IMG/VR virus record: IMGVR_UViG_3300020045_008796
Coordinates: 1 to 40,637 of that record
Length of the DNA stretch: 40,637 bases
From: a virus
Lineage: Duplodnaviria > Caudoviricetes
Direction: 5' to 3' (one strand)
The notes beneath the pieces were generated by a model. That model saw only the letters and a list, made by a program, of their open reading frames with translations, was not told the DNA's origin and did no database searches. This document shows positions 1 to 7,917 of the stretch, piece by piece; position 1 is the first letter of the stretch, and each line of letters starts with the position of its first letter. The position numbers were made by a program, and so were the translations under genes.

Positions 1-121
1 GGAGTTAGAAATGACTGAAGAAGCGAAGACCGAAGCCGTCGAGAAGGCACCCAAAGTTGAACAAAACGGCGTGTCCCGTCCGAAGGTTGGCACTGCCACC
101 GAACGCGTCTGGGCGATTGCC
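1..121. repeat. Exact terminal direct repeat (copy 1); circular-assembly overlap
   Basis: Bases 1-121 are identical to 40517-40637 and the repeat cuts through a CDS. Confidence 0.95.
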
Positions 122-373
122 GATGCCTTGTCCACCGCTGCCGGCAAAGCCGTGGAGCGCAAGCCGGTCCTCGACGCAGCTGTTGCCGAAGGCATCAACC
201 CTGCCACCGCTGCCACCCAGTATGGCCGCTGGTGCAAGTTCTTCGGTGTCGTGAAGACGCCAGTCGAAAAGGCTGTCAAAGAGCCCAAGGCTCCCAAGGC
301 ACCGAAGGCTGCTAAGGCCAAGGCCGCAGCTGAAGCTGACGTCTCCGTCGAGGAAGAACAAGCAGCGGCTTAA
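11..373 (+). CDS. Early protein, putative DNA-binding (VWxIAD...TQY domain plus Lys/Ala/Pro-rich basic tail)
   Basis: RBS GGAG at 1-4; promoter at 40447-40475 across the junction; followed by a terminator; domain shared with 39259..39759 and 39890..40435; tail KAPKAPKAAKAKAAA. Confidence 0.8.
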   Translation: MTEEAKTEAVEKAPKVEQNGVSRPKVGTATERVWAIADALSTAAGKAVERKPVLDAAVAEGINPATAATQYGRWCKFFGVVKTPVEKAVKEPKAPKAPKAAKAKAAAEADVSVEEEQAAA

Positions 374-395
374 CTCCTTCTGGCTGTTGGGGTTC

Positions 396-419
396 AGGGG
401 CACTTCGGTGCCCCTTTTT
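396..419 (+). terminator. Rho-independent terminator
   Basis: AGGGGCAC-TTCG-GTGCCCCT stem with UUCG loop followed by a T run. Confidence 0.9.
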
Positions 420-443
420 GTTGAGGATTGTTCAAAAGGAGAG

Positions 444-472
444 TTGTGTAGCCTGGCAGTCGGGCTTATAAT
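444..472 (+). promoter_or_regulatory. Sigma70-like promoter for the que/dpdA/clamp/pol operon
   Basis: TTGTGT-N17-TATAAT upstream of the AGGAG RBS of queE. Confidence 0.65.
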
Positions 473-497
473 TGGAATTCCTTATCAGGAGTACCCA

Positions 498-1202
498 ATG
501 AACCAACAGCCAATTGAAAAGCGGATCTCTCGGGATGATGGCATCCTTAGCGTCCACAGTATCTTTCACACCATCCAAGGCGAAGGCCCGTTCTGCGGAA
601 CGCCGGCAGTCTTCATTCGCCTCGCGGGGTGCAACCTCCAATGCCCGGCATGCGACACGGACTACACCTCCAGCCGCTGGGACTCCGGGCCGCTCGGAAT
701 CCTTGACAGCGTCCGCGAGCAATCAGCCTATGGACTTGTGGTCATTACAGGCGGAGAACCTTTCCGGCAAGACCTTGCCAGGCTCCTCAACGTCCTGACA
801 GATGCTGGATACTACGTCCAGATCGAAACCAATGGCACGCTCGAGCCAGCCGATGTCCCGTACTCGCTGGTGACTGACATTCGCACCGGGGTATACGTCG
901 TCTGCAGCCCGAAGGCTGGCAAGGTGCATCCTCGCATCGCTGAGGTGGCCTGCTGCTACAAATACGTGCTCTCCCAGGACAGCATCCACGCCGATGGGCT
1001 ACCCTTGCGCGCCCTCGAGCATACTGCCAGCCCGTTCGTGGCTCGGCCTCCAAAGAATTGGCATCGCCCGATCTACGTCCAGCCGGTGGACTCGAAGGAC
1101 GAGACAACCAATGGGCAGCATCTTAAGGCTGCCATCAACTCCTGCATGAAGAATGGTTACATCCTTCAGCTGCAGATCCACAAACTTATCGACATGGAGT
1201 AA
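498..1202 (+). CDS. queE: 7-carboxy-7-deazaguanine synthase (radical SAM)
   Basis: IFHTIQGEG, FIRLAGCNLQCPACDTDY (CxxxCxxC), ITGGEP, IETNG, SPK, LQIHK; ATG at 498 follows AGGAG. Confidence 0.95.
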   Translation: MNQQPIEKRISRDDGILSVHSIFHTIQGEGPFCGTPAVFIRLAGCNLQCPACDTDYTSSRWDSGPLGILDSVREQSAYGLVVITGGEPFRQDLARLLNVLTDAGYYVQIETNGTLEPADVPYSLVTDIRTGVYVVCSPKAGKVHPRIAEVACCYKYVLSQDSIHADGLPLRALEHTASPFVARPPKNWHRPIYVQPVDSKDETTNGQHLKAAINSCMKNGYILQLQIHKLIDME

Positions 1203-1205
1203 GAC

Positions 1206-1970
1206 ATGAAAAAAGCCTTGGTAATTCTTTCCGGTGGGCAAGACTCGACCACCACCTTGTTCTGGGCAAAGGAGCGTTTCGACGAGGTCCACGCCATTAC
1301 CTTCGACTACGGCCAGCGCCACAGAATCGAGCTGGACGCCGCAGTTAAGGTGGCGGCAATGGCAGAGGTCGCCAGCCATGAGATCGTCGCGCTGCCGGGC
1401 GTTTTGCGCTCGACAAGCCCCCTTACCAGCGACGCCGAGCTGGAGCAGTACGAGGACGCCAACCAGATGGAAGCGGTCATCGGCAATCGGGTGGAGCTGA
1501 CCTTCGTCCCCATGCGAAATACCTTCTTCTTTACAGTGGCCATGAACCGTGCTGTCGCCCTGGGCGCCAACCACTTGGTGACCGGCATCTGCCAAGAAGA
1601 CAACGCCAACTACCCCGACTGCACGGAGAAGTTTCGCAACGCCTTCGAGCGCATGGCGAACCTGTCCCTGGGCACCGAGCGCTTCTTCATTCATGCTCCG
1701 CTGATGTATCTCAGCAAAGCCGAGACCGTGATGATGGCTAAGGCCATGCCGGAGTGCTGGGAGGCGCTGGCATATTCGCACACCAGCTACGACGGCAAGT
1801 ATCCCCCGACCGACAAGAACCATTCCAATGTGCTGCGCGCCTACGGCTTCGAAGTTGCTGGCTTGCCCGACCCGCTGGTGCTGCGTGCTCACCGCGAAGG
1901 CTTGATGGAGTTGCCGGATACTCCGAACTACCGTAACATTCAACTCTCACTGTTCAACGAGGAAAACTGA
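1206..1970 (+). CDS. queC: 7-cyano-7-deazaguanine synthase QueC (variant lacking Zn-binding cysteines)
   Basis: PP-loop LSGGQDS, FDYGQRH, FVPMRN, YPDC, PLMYLSKAE. Confidence 0.92.
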   Translation: MKKALVILSGGQDSTTTLFWAKERFDEVHAITFDYGQRHRIELDAAVKVAAMAEVASHEIVALPGVLRSTSPLTSDAELEQYEDANQMEAVIGNRVELTFVPMRNTFFFTVAMNRAVALGANHLVTGICQEDNANYPDCTEKFRNAFERMANLSLGTERFFIHAPLMYLSKAETVMMAKAMPECWEALAYSHTSYDGKYPPTDKNHSNVLRAYGFEVAGLPDPLVLRAHREGLMELPDTPNYRNIQLSLFNEEN

Positions 1971-1971
1971 A

Positions 1972-2409
1972 ATGCCCATCCAAGCCCACCGCTACCACGA
2001 CATCTCCGTAGGCCACCGCGTCTATAACCAAGGCTCCAAGTGCGAGATGCTTCATGGCCATAACTACCGAATCCACTTCAACGTCGAAGCCCAGGAGCTG
2101 AACGAAATCGGCATGGTGCTGGACTTCGGCATCATCAAGTCGACGCTCTGCATGTGGATCGAAAACAACTGGGACCATAAGTTCTTGATCTGGGAGCAAG
2201 ACCCATGGTCGCGCTACTTGCTCGAGATCGACCCGACTGTTGTGTGGACATCCTTCAACCCGACCGCCGAGAACATGGCCAAGTTCCTCGTCGAAGTCGT
2301 CGGCCCTGAGCTGCTGGCTGGCCATGCCTGCAAGCTGGTCTCCGTGGCCGTCGAAGAGACGCGCAAGTGCTCCGCCTCCTTCAACCTTCCACAAGGCTAC
2401 AAAGAATGA
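1972..2409 (+). CDS. queD: 6-carboxy-5,6,7,8-tetrahydropterin synthase
   Basis: GHR...KCEMLHGHNY, GMVLDFG, WDHKFL, NPTAENMA, EET. Confidence 0.93.
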   Translation: MPIQAHRYHDISVGHRVYNQGSKCEMLHGHNYRIHFNVEAQELNEIGMVLDFGIIKSTLCMWIENNWDHKFLIWEQDPWSRYLLEIDPTVVWTSFNPTAENMAKFLVEVVGPELLAGHACKLVSVAVEETRKCSASFNLPQGYKE

Positions 2410-3419
2410 AAGTCCTAACTAATCAAGATGTCCGTGCTCTTGCAATCGATCTTGCCTCACGTGCCTCTGTTCTTGGCCTGGGCGCGAAGCTATTTCCTAT
2501 CCCGCGCGGAGGCATCCCGGCAGCCTATGCGATGCAGGCTATCGAGTACCGCTTTGAGATCGTGGAAGATCCAGAAGATGCAGACTTCTTCCTCGACGAC
2601 ATCATCGACTCCGGCTCAACCATGCAGCAATGGTGTGATGAATACCCCGGCAAGCCCTTCGTTGCCCTTATCGATAAGACTGATCCCGAGTGCCCCTACC
2701 GCGACGAATGGGTGCGCTTCCCCTGGGAGGGCACAGAGCGCTCGGAAGACGATACCATCGTCGGAACGCTGACCAATCGTATCACCGAGGCTGGTGCGCC
2801 CTTCCTTGCCAACGACAACATTGCTGCCTTCTTGCAAGGCGGCGAGCTGGACTTGCTGCAGGAGGAGGTGGCCCGTCGAGCAGAGCACTTCCTTCGTGGG
2901 CTTGTGATCGATGTCGATAATGACCACAATACCGTCGGGACGGCCAAGCGCATCGCCAAGATGTACCTCCGCGAGGTGTTCAAAGGTCGTTACCTCCAGC
3001 CGCCAGCCATCACGGACTTCCCCAATGCCAAGGGGCTGGACGAGATGTACATGACCGGGCCGATTACGGTGCGCTCTGCTTGCAGCCACCACTTTGTCCC
3101 GATCGTCGGACGCTGCTGGATTGGCATCATCCCAGGCGAGCGGGTCATCGGGCTGTCCAAGTTCAACCGCATCGTCGAATGGGTTGCCAGCCGTCCGCAG
3201 ATTCAGGAAGAATTGGTCATGCAGATCGCCGATTTCATTGAACAGCAGATCCAGCCGAAAGGCTTGGCGGTCGTCGTGGAAGCCACCCACCTCTGCATGA
3301 CGTGGCGCGGCGTGCGCGAGCCAATGGAAGCCAAGATGACGACCAACGTAATGCGCGGTGCCTTTCGCGATAAGCCGGAGGCCCGAGCAGAGTTCATGAC
3401 CTTAGTTGCCAAGGGATGA
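2406..3419 (+). CDS. folE: Fusion: N-terminal type I phosphoribosyltransferase (Gpt-like) plus GTP cyclohydrolase I
   Basis: ATGA overlap with queD. N-domain IPRGG, LDDIIDSGST, WVRFPWE; C-domain SACSHHFVP, IGLSKFNR, QIQEEL, HLCMTWRG. Confidence 0.92.
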   Translation: MKVLTNQDVRALAIDLASRASVLGLGAKLFPIPRGGIPAAYAMQAIEYRFEIVEDPEDADFFLDDIIDSGSTMQQWCDEYPGKPFVALIDKTDPECPYRDEWVRFPWEGTERSEDDTIVGTLTNRITEAGAPFLANDNIAAFLQGGELDLLQEEVARRAEHFLRGLVIDVDNDHNTVGTAKRIAKMYLREVFKGRYLQPPAITDFPNAKGLDEMYMTGPITVRSACSHHFVPIVGRCWIGIIPGERVIGLSKFNRIVEWVASRPQIQEELVMQIADFIEQQIQPKGLAVVVEATHLCMTWRGVREPMEAKMTTNVMRGAFRDKPEARAEFMTLVAKG

Positions 3420-4336
3420 AACTATACCTAGCCGGTATCTATACAGCGAACTTCAAGATAGGGGGTTCGCTGTATAACCGCCTCACCGAGAACGAAAAGA
3501 GGCAACGCGAGAGCGCGACCAACTTGCTTGAGTCGTTCCACTACATCCACCGCCAGTCCTTTGTGGATAGCATCCGCGGGGACGGCCGAAAGGTCTTTCT
3601 CGACTCCGGAGCTTTCTCCGCCTTTACCAAGGGGGTGTCTGTTGACATCCCCAAGTATTGCGACTACATTAAGCGCAATAAAGACATCATCGAGCATGTC
3701 GACGGAACCATTCTGGCATCTGTGCTGGACGGCATCGGCGACCCGCTCAAGACCTACCAGAACCAGCTTGAGATGGAGCGCCTCGGCGTGCGTCCGCTGC
3801 CTTGCTTCCACTATGGCGAAGACGAGCGGTACCTCGAGTGGTACATTGCCAACTACGACTACATCACTATCGGCGGAATGGTGCCCATCTCTACACCACA
3901 GCTCAAGATATGGCTTGACCGGATCTGGGAGAAGTATCTCACCGATGGTTCCGGCAGGCCCAGGGTCAAGGTTCACGGCTTCGGTTTGACGACCGTGTCT
4001 CTGATGGAGCGATACCCTTGGTATTCGGTTGACTCCTCGTCCTGGGTGCAGATTGCTCGGGTCGGCGGCATGATGCTTATGCCAGAGGCGCGCGTCATCA
4101 ACGTCTCTGACCAGAGCCCGCAGCGCCGCGTAGAAGGCCAGCATATCGATACGCTGACGCCTCCCCTGCGGAAAGCCGTCGAAGACAAGCTGCGCGCCTG
4201 CGGTGTTGATACGGATCGGATGCGGGAGACTTACCTCTCGCGGTGGTGCTACAATATCTGGGCATTCGACCAGCTCGGCATTCAACACTTCGAGGCCGAC
4301 CCAAAGTTCGTGCCCGATCAAATAGGACTATTCTGA
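3416..4336 (+). CDS. dpdA: TGT-fold DNA guanine transglycosylase (DpdA-like)
   Basis: FLDSGAFS, LDGIGD, IGGMV, VHGFG, SVDSSSW match TGT catalytic/substrate motifs; no C-terminal CxCxxC Zn motif of tRNA TGTs; embedded in the que cluster. Confidence 0.85.
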   Translation: MKLYLAGIYTANFKIGGSLYNRLTENEKRQRESATNLLESFHYIHRQSFVDSIRGDGRKVFLDSGAFSAFTKGVSVDIPKYCDYIKRNKDIIEHVDGTILASVLDGIGDPLKTYQNQLEMERLGVRPLPCFHYGEDERYLEWYIANYDYITIGGMVPISTPQLKIWLDRIWEKYLTDGSGRPRVKVHGFGLTTVSLMERYPWYSVDSSSWVQIARVGGMMLMPEARVINVSDQSPQRRVEGQHIDTLTPPLRKAVEDKLRACGVDTDRMRETYLSRWCYNIWAFDQLGIQHFEADPKFVPDQIGLF

Positions 4337-5286
4337 TGCTTGACTCCCTCCGCTTTGTGCAGGGGGCGGTCGCGAAGAAAGACTTCGTGCCGTCTCTCAC
4401 CCATTTCCGAATCCAAGGCGGTACCATTCGCGGGTTCAATGGCATGCTGGCGCTCTGCTGCCCAATCGGTGTCAACCTCGACTGCAGTCCGAAGGCGCTG
4501 CCCTTTGTCAAGGCCATCCAAACGTGCAAGGATACGATCCAGCTTCACTTGACCCAGGCCGGGCGGCTGTCCGTCAAGTCTGGGAAGTTCAAGGCGCTGA
4601 TCGATTGCATCCCGGACGAATACCCAAGCGTGGAGCCCGAAGGTGTGGTCATGCCACTCAACGGGGAGCTGCTGAAGGTGCTCAAGCTCCTGACTCCATT
4701 CATCGCAGACGATGCCTCTCGCCCCTGGGCGCGCGGTATCCTTCTTCGTGGGCAGTCTGCCTTCGCGACAAACAACATCGTGCTGATTGAGCGCTGGCTT
4801 GGATACACATTCCCGGTCGAACTCAACATCCCGAGGTCAGCCGTGGTTGAGATGATCCGCATCGGGGAAGAGCCCGAGCGCCTCCAGATTTGCGAGAACA
4901 GTGTGACCTTCCACTTCTCCGGCAACCGCTGGCTGCGGACGCAGACCTACTCTACCCAATGGCCGGACGTTGGACGCATCCTCGACAAGCCTGCCAACCC
5001 TCTCGCGATTCCTGATGGCTTGTGGGAGGCAGCTGCTGACCTCGCCCCGTTCGTCGACGAGCTTGGGCGCCTCTTCCTTTCGAACGGTATGGTGACCACA
5101 GGGCATGGCGAGGGTGCCGGAGCTTCCATCGAAGTGCCGGGAATCCTTGATAATGGGTGTTTCAACGTTCAGCAGGTGATGCTCCTCAAAGGCGTCGCCA
5201 AGACAATCGATATGACTGGTTACCCTGGGCCGTGCGCCTTCTTCGGTGATAAGATTCGCGGAGCCCTTGTCGGGATGCGCGTATGA
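4336..5286 (+). CDS. DNA polymerase III beta-clamp (DnaN)-like sliding clamp
   Basis: TGATG overlap with dpdA. Segments recall DnaN: KKDFVPSLTHFRI, LSVKSGKFK, EYPSV, ASRPWARGILL...ATNN, WPDV, C-terminal ALVGMRV; 316 aa. Confidence 0.75.
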   Translation: MLDSLRFVQGAVAKKDFVPSLTHFRIQGGTIRGFNGMLALCCPIGVNLDCSPKALPFVKAIQTCKDTIQLHLTQAGRLSVKSGKFKALIDCIPDEYPSVEPEGVVMPLNGELLKVLKLLTPFIADDASRPWARGILLRGQSAFATNNIVLIERWLGYTFPVELNIPRSAVVEMIRIGEEPERLQICENSVTFHFSGNRWLRTQTYSTQWPDVGRILDKPANPLAIPDGLWEAAADLAPFVDELGRLFLSNGMVTTGHGEGAGASIEVPGILDNGCFNVQQVMLLKGVAKTIDMTGYPGPCAFFGDKIRGALVGMRV

Positions 5287-7271
5287 GAGTTGATAGCATC
5301 GGGATGTTCTGGGAAGACGTGGCCAGCGGTGGCAGAGGTGCCAAGGCGATCCGCGTCATGCCACCCATCCCGGAGACCGGATGGCTTCCGCCCACCTACT
5401 TACCCGACCTCTCTCGGGCGAAGGTCATCTCCATCGACTGCGAAACCAAAGACCCTGAGCTGCTGGAGCATGGCCCAGGCTGGGCGCGCGGCAAGGGGCA
5501 TATCGTCGGCGTCTCAGTCGGAGCCGATGGTGGAGGCCGGTGGTACTTCCCGCTTCGTCATGAGGTTGAGCCGGAGCATAACTGGCCGCCTGAGATGGTG
5601 CTTTCCTGGCTGCGCGACACCCTCGCTAACCCCGCACAACCCAAGGTCGGGGCCAACCTAATGTACGACGTTGGATGGCTGCGCCACGAGGGCGTAACCG
5701 TGGCTGGCGAGCTGGTGGATGTGCAGTACGCGGAGGCTTTGCTGGACGAACGGGCGGAGGTAGCGTTGGAAGTGCTGGCGCAGAAGTACCTCGGCGAAGG
5801 CAAAGAGTCCAGCCTGCTCTACCGCTGGTGCGCTGACTTCTATGGCGGCAAACCGAACGGCGCGCAGCGCGCGAATATCTACCGCTCCCCTCCCAGGCTG
5901 GTCGGCCCATACGCGGAGAGCGATGCTGACCTACCGCTGCGCGTTGCCATCGCCATGTATCCGCACCTCGTCCGCGAAGGAATGATGGATCTCTTCCGCA
6001 TGGAATGCGACCTCATCCCTATGCTGATCGATATGCGCTTCGCAGGGGTGACAGTCAATATCCCACGCGCCGAGGAGCTACGTGATACCTTGGCGGCCCG
6101 AGAGAAGATCGAAGAAGCCAAGCTGAGTAGCCTAATCGGATTCCATGTGGACATCAACTCCGCCGATACGCTGGCTAAGGCGTTCGACAAGGTCGGCCTC
6201 AATTACAACAAGACAGCCAAGGGCAAACCGAGCTTCACAAAGGACTTCCTCAAGTCCGTTCAACATCCGGTGGCAGACCATATTCGCGAGATTCGGAAGC
6301 TCTCCAAGCTGCGCGGTACCTTTGTCGAGTCCTATATTCTCAACTCGCATGTCAACGGACGGGTCTTCGGCCAGTTCCATCCGCTGCGAGGCGACGAGGG
6401 CGGCACGCGCTCGGGTCGCTTTAGCAGCTCAACGCCCAACCTGCAGAACCTGCCAAGCCGGGACGACGAGCTAGCTCCACTGGTGCGAGGCCTCTTTATT
6501 CCCGACCCTGGGCACCAGCAGTGGCGCAAGTACGACTATAGCCAGATCGAATACCGCTTTCTCGCCCACTTTGCTGTCGGGCCTATGTCGGACGAAATCC
6601 GCGCCATCTTCAATGCCGATCCGGATACCGACTACCACGTCATGACTCAGGAGCTAGTGCATCGGCAGACTGGGCAGCTCCTTGATCGCAAGCCAATCAA
6701 GAACATTAACTTCGGACTGATCTACGGCATGGGCGTTGATAAGCTGGCCGGAGGGCTTGGCCTATCTGTCAAGGCCGGCAAGGAGCTGTTCGCCGCTTAC
6801 CACAAGGGGGCTCCGTTCGCCAAGGCAACGATGGAAGCCTGCTCGGAGGAAGCTCGGGATACTGGCATCATCAAGACCATCCTTGGCCGCAAGTCGCGTT
6901 TCGATCTTTGGGAGCCTCAGTCCTGGGGAAGCGAGGGGATTGCCCTGCCCTACGAGAAGGCGATCCTCCAGTATGGCCAGATCCGGAGAGCCTACACGCA
7001 CAAAGCTTTGAACCGCCGGTTGCAGGGCAGCGCCGCTGATATGATGAAGATGGCCATGTGGAAGTGCTACAAAGATGGCATCTTCAACGAGACCGGCATT
7101 CCCCGCTTGACCGTGCACGACGAGCTGGACTTCAGCGACCCAGGGGGCAAAGCAGCTGCCTTCAGAGAGATGAAGCATATCCTCGAGAATGCCATGCCCT
7201 TGCGCATCCCAATCAAGGCAGACTGCGACGTCGGGCCAGACTGGGGACACGTGGAAGAACTAAAAGAGTAG
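5283..7271 (+). CDS. polA: Family A DNA polymerase with 3'-5' exonuclease domain
   Basis: Exo IDCET, NLMYD, YAESD; GRFSSSTPNLQN; motif A DYSQIEYR; motif B KNINFGLIYG; LQGSAAD; motif C VHDE. Confidence 0.96.
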   Translation: MRVDSIGMFWEDVASGGRGAKAIRVMPPIPETGWLPPTYLPDLSRAKVISIDCETKDPELLEHGPGWARGKGHIVGVSVGADGGGRWYFPLRHEVEPEHNWPPEMVLSWLRDTLANPAQPKVGANLMYDVGWLRHEGVTVAGELVDVQYAEALLDERAEVALEVLAQKYLGEGKESSLLYRWCADFYGGKPNGAQRANIYRSPPRLVGPYAESDADLPLRVAIAMYPHLVREGMMDLFRMECDLIPMLIDMRFAGVTVNIPRAEELRDTLAAREKIEEAKLSSLIGFHVDINSADTLAKAFDKVGLNYNKTAKGKPSFTKDFLKSVQHPVADHIREIRKLSKLRGTFVESYILNSHVNGRVFGQFHPLRGDEGGTRSGRFSSSTPNLQNLPSRDDELAPLVRGLFIPDPGHQQWRKYDYSQIEYRFLAHFAVGPMSDEIRAIFNADPDTDYHVMTQELVHRQTGQLLDRKPIKNINFGLIYGMGVDKLAGGLGLSVKAGKELFAAYHKGAPFAKATMEACSEEARDTGIIKTILGRKSRFDLWEPQSWGSEGIALPYEKAILQYGQIRRAYTHKALNRRLQGSAADMMKMAMWKCYKDGIFNETGIPRLTVHDELDFSDPGGKAAAFREMKHILENAMPLRIPIKADCDVGPDWGHVEELKE

Positions 7272-7297
7272 CCAAGGCAAATCAAGCTCGGTATAAT
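7269..7297 (+). promoter_or_regulatory. Sigma70-like promoter
   Basis: TAGCCA-N17-TATAAT upstream of AGGAG RBS. Confidence 0.45.
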
Positions 7298-7323
7298 CTA
7301 CTCATGTTTAACAGGAGCTTGAT

Positions 7324-7674
7324 ATGAGAATGTGGATGGTAGACCCGAAGATTATGTGCCGCCAGCATCTGCTTGGTGAGCATGTAGAGCATCATATGTT
7401 TGTTGGCACGATCAATAAAGGCATCTCCATCGATGGGTATCTTCGCGATAACCTGCTGGAGCCTTTGAGCTTGCTGACTCGCCATGTCGAGCTGGTGCGG
7501 GAGATGGAGTCCCGCGGTTACAATCACAAGTCGGAGCTCCTCTCTGTTGATCTGTCGCGCATGGACGAGAAGCAATTCTTTACCAAGATCGATCGCGAGA
7601 AGTCTCTTTCCGAATTAACCCGTCGCTGTCCAGAATGCGCAGCTCGCCATAAGGAGATGCAAAATGCAAGCTAA
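7324..7674 (+). CDS. Pyrimidine-dimer DNA glycosylase / endonuclease V (DenV-like) family protein
   Basis: MRMWMVDP..MCRQHLLGEH.E.H N-terminus and RH.ELV.EM.SRGYNH motif. Confidence 0.7.
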   Translation: MRMWMVDPKIMCRQHLLGEHVEHHMFVGTINKGISIDGYLRDNLLEPLSLLTRHVELVREMESRGYNHKSELLSVDLSRMDEKQFFTKIDREKSLSELTRRCPECAARHKEMQNAS

Positions 7675-7858
7675 TGATTCATTCTGGAAGGTCGCTGCGG
7701 TCTTTGCCCTGCTGCTGATTGCCATGGGCATTGTCGGCAATGGCGATGTCGAGGAGGCTGAGCGCCAAGAAGCCCAATACTGCTCGATGGTGAAGTCTGG
7801 CCACTGGCCCGATTACAACGGCAATTACAAAGAACTCTGCCGCCAACCCAGAAAATAA
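7664..7858 (+). CDS. Small membrane-anchored hypothetical protein
   Basis: AAGGAG RBS; hydrophobic segment VAAVFALLLIAMGIV. Confidence 0.7.
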   Translation: MQANDSFWKVAAVFALLLIAMGIVGNGDVEEAERQEAQYCSMVKSGHWPDYNGNYKELCRQPRK

Positions 7859-7900
7859 GCCCTCCCACGAGCGCCATACGCGACGATCTCGGGGAGGGGC
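7859..7900. terminator. Imperfect GC hairpin between the two convergent transcription units
   Basis: GCCCTCCCACGAG pairs imperfectly with CTCGGGGAGGGGC; no clear U tract. Confidence 0.4.
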
Positions 7901-7917
7901 AGGGGGAAGGTAGGGAA

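Noticed and set aside
1-121. 121-bp terminal repeat as a biological DTR
   Set aside because: It interrupts a CDS and its length fits an assembler k-mer overlap; best read as circularisation.
373-497. preQ1 riboswitch upstream of queE
   Set aside because: The region is explained by a terminator and a promoter; leader is very short and lacks the class I stem and A-rich tail.
4243-4335. Upstream extensions given by the ORF track (also queE from 387, folE from 2367, holin from 8562, deaminase from 29266)
   Set aside because: Downstream starts have RBSs or stop/start overlaps and match domain boundaries.
3416-4336. tRNA-guanine transglycosylase (queuosine tRNA modification)
   Set aside because: Lacks the C-terminal Zn motif of tRNA TGTs, no queF/queA/queG or tRNA genes, and sits in a DNA replication operon.
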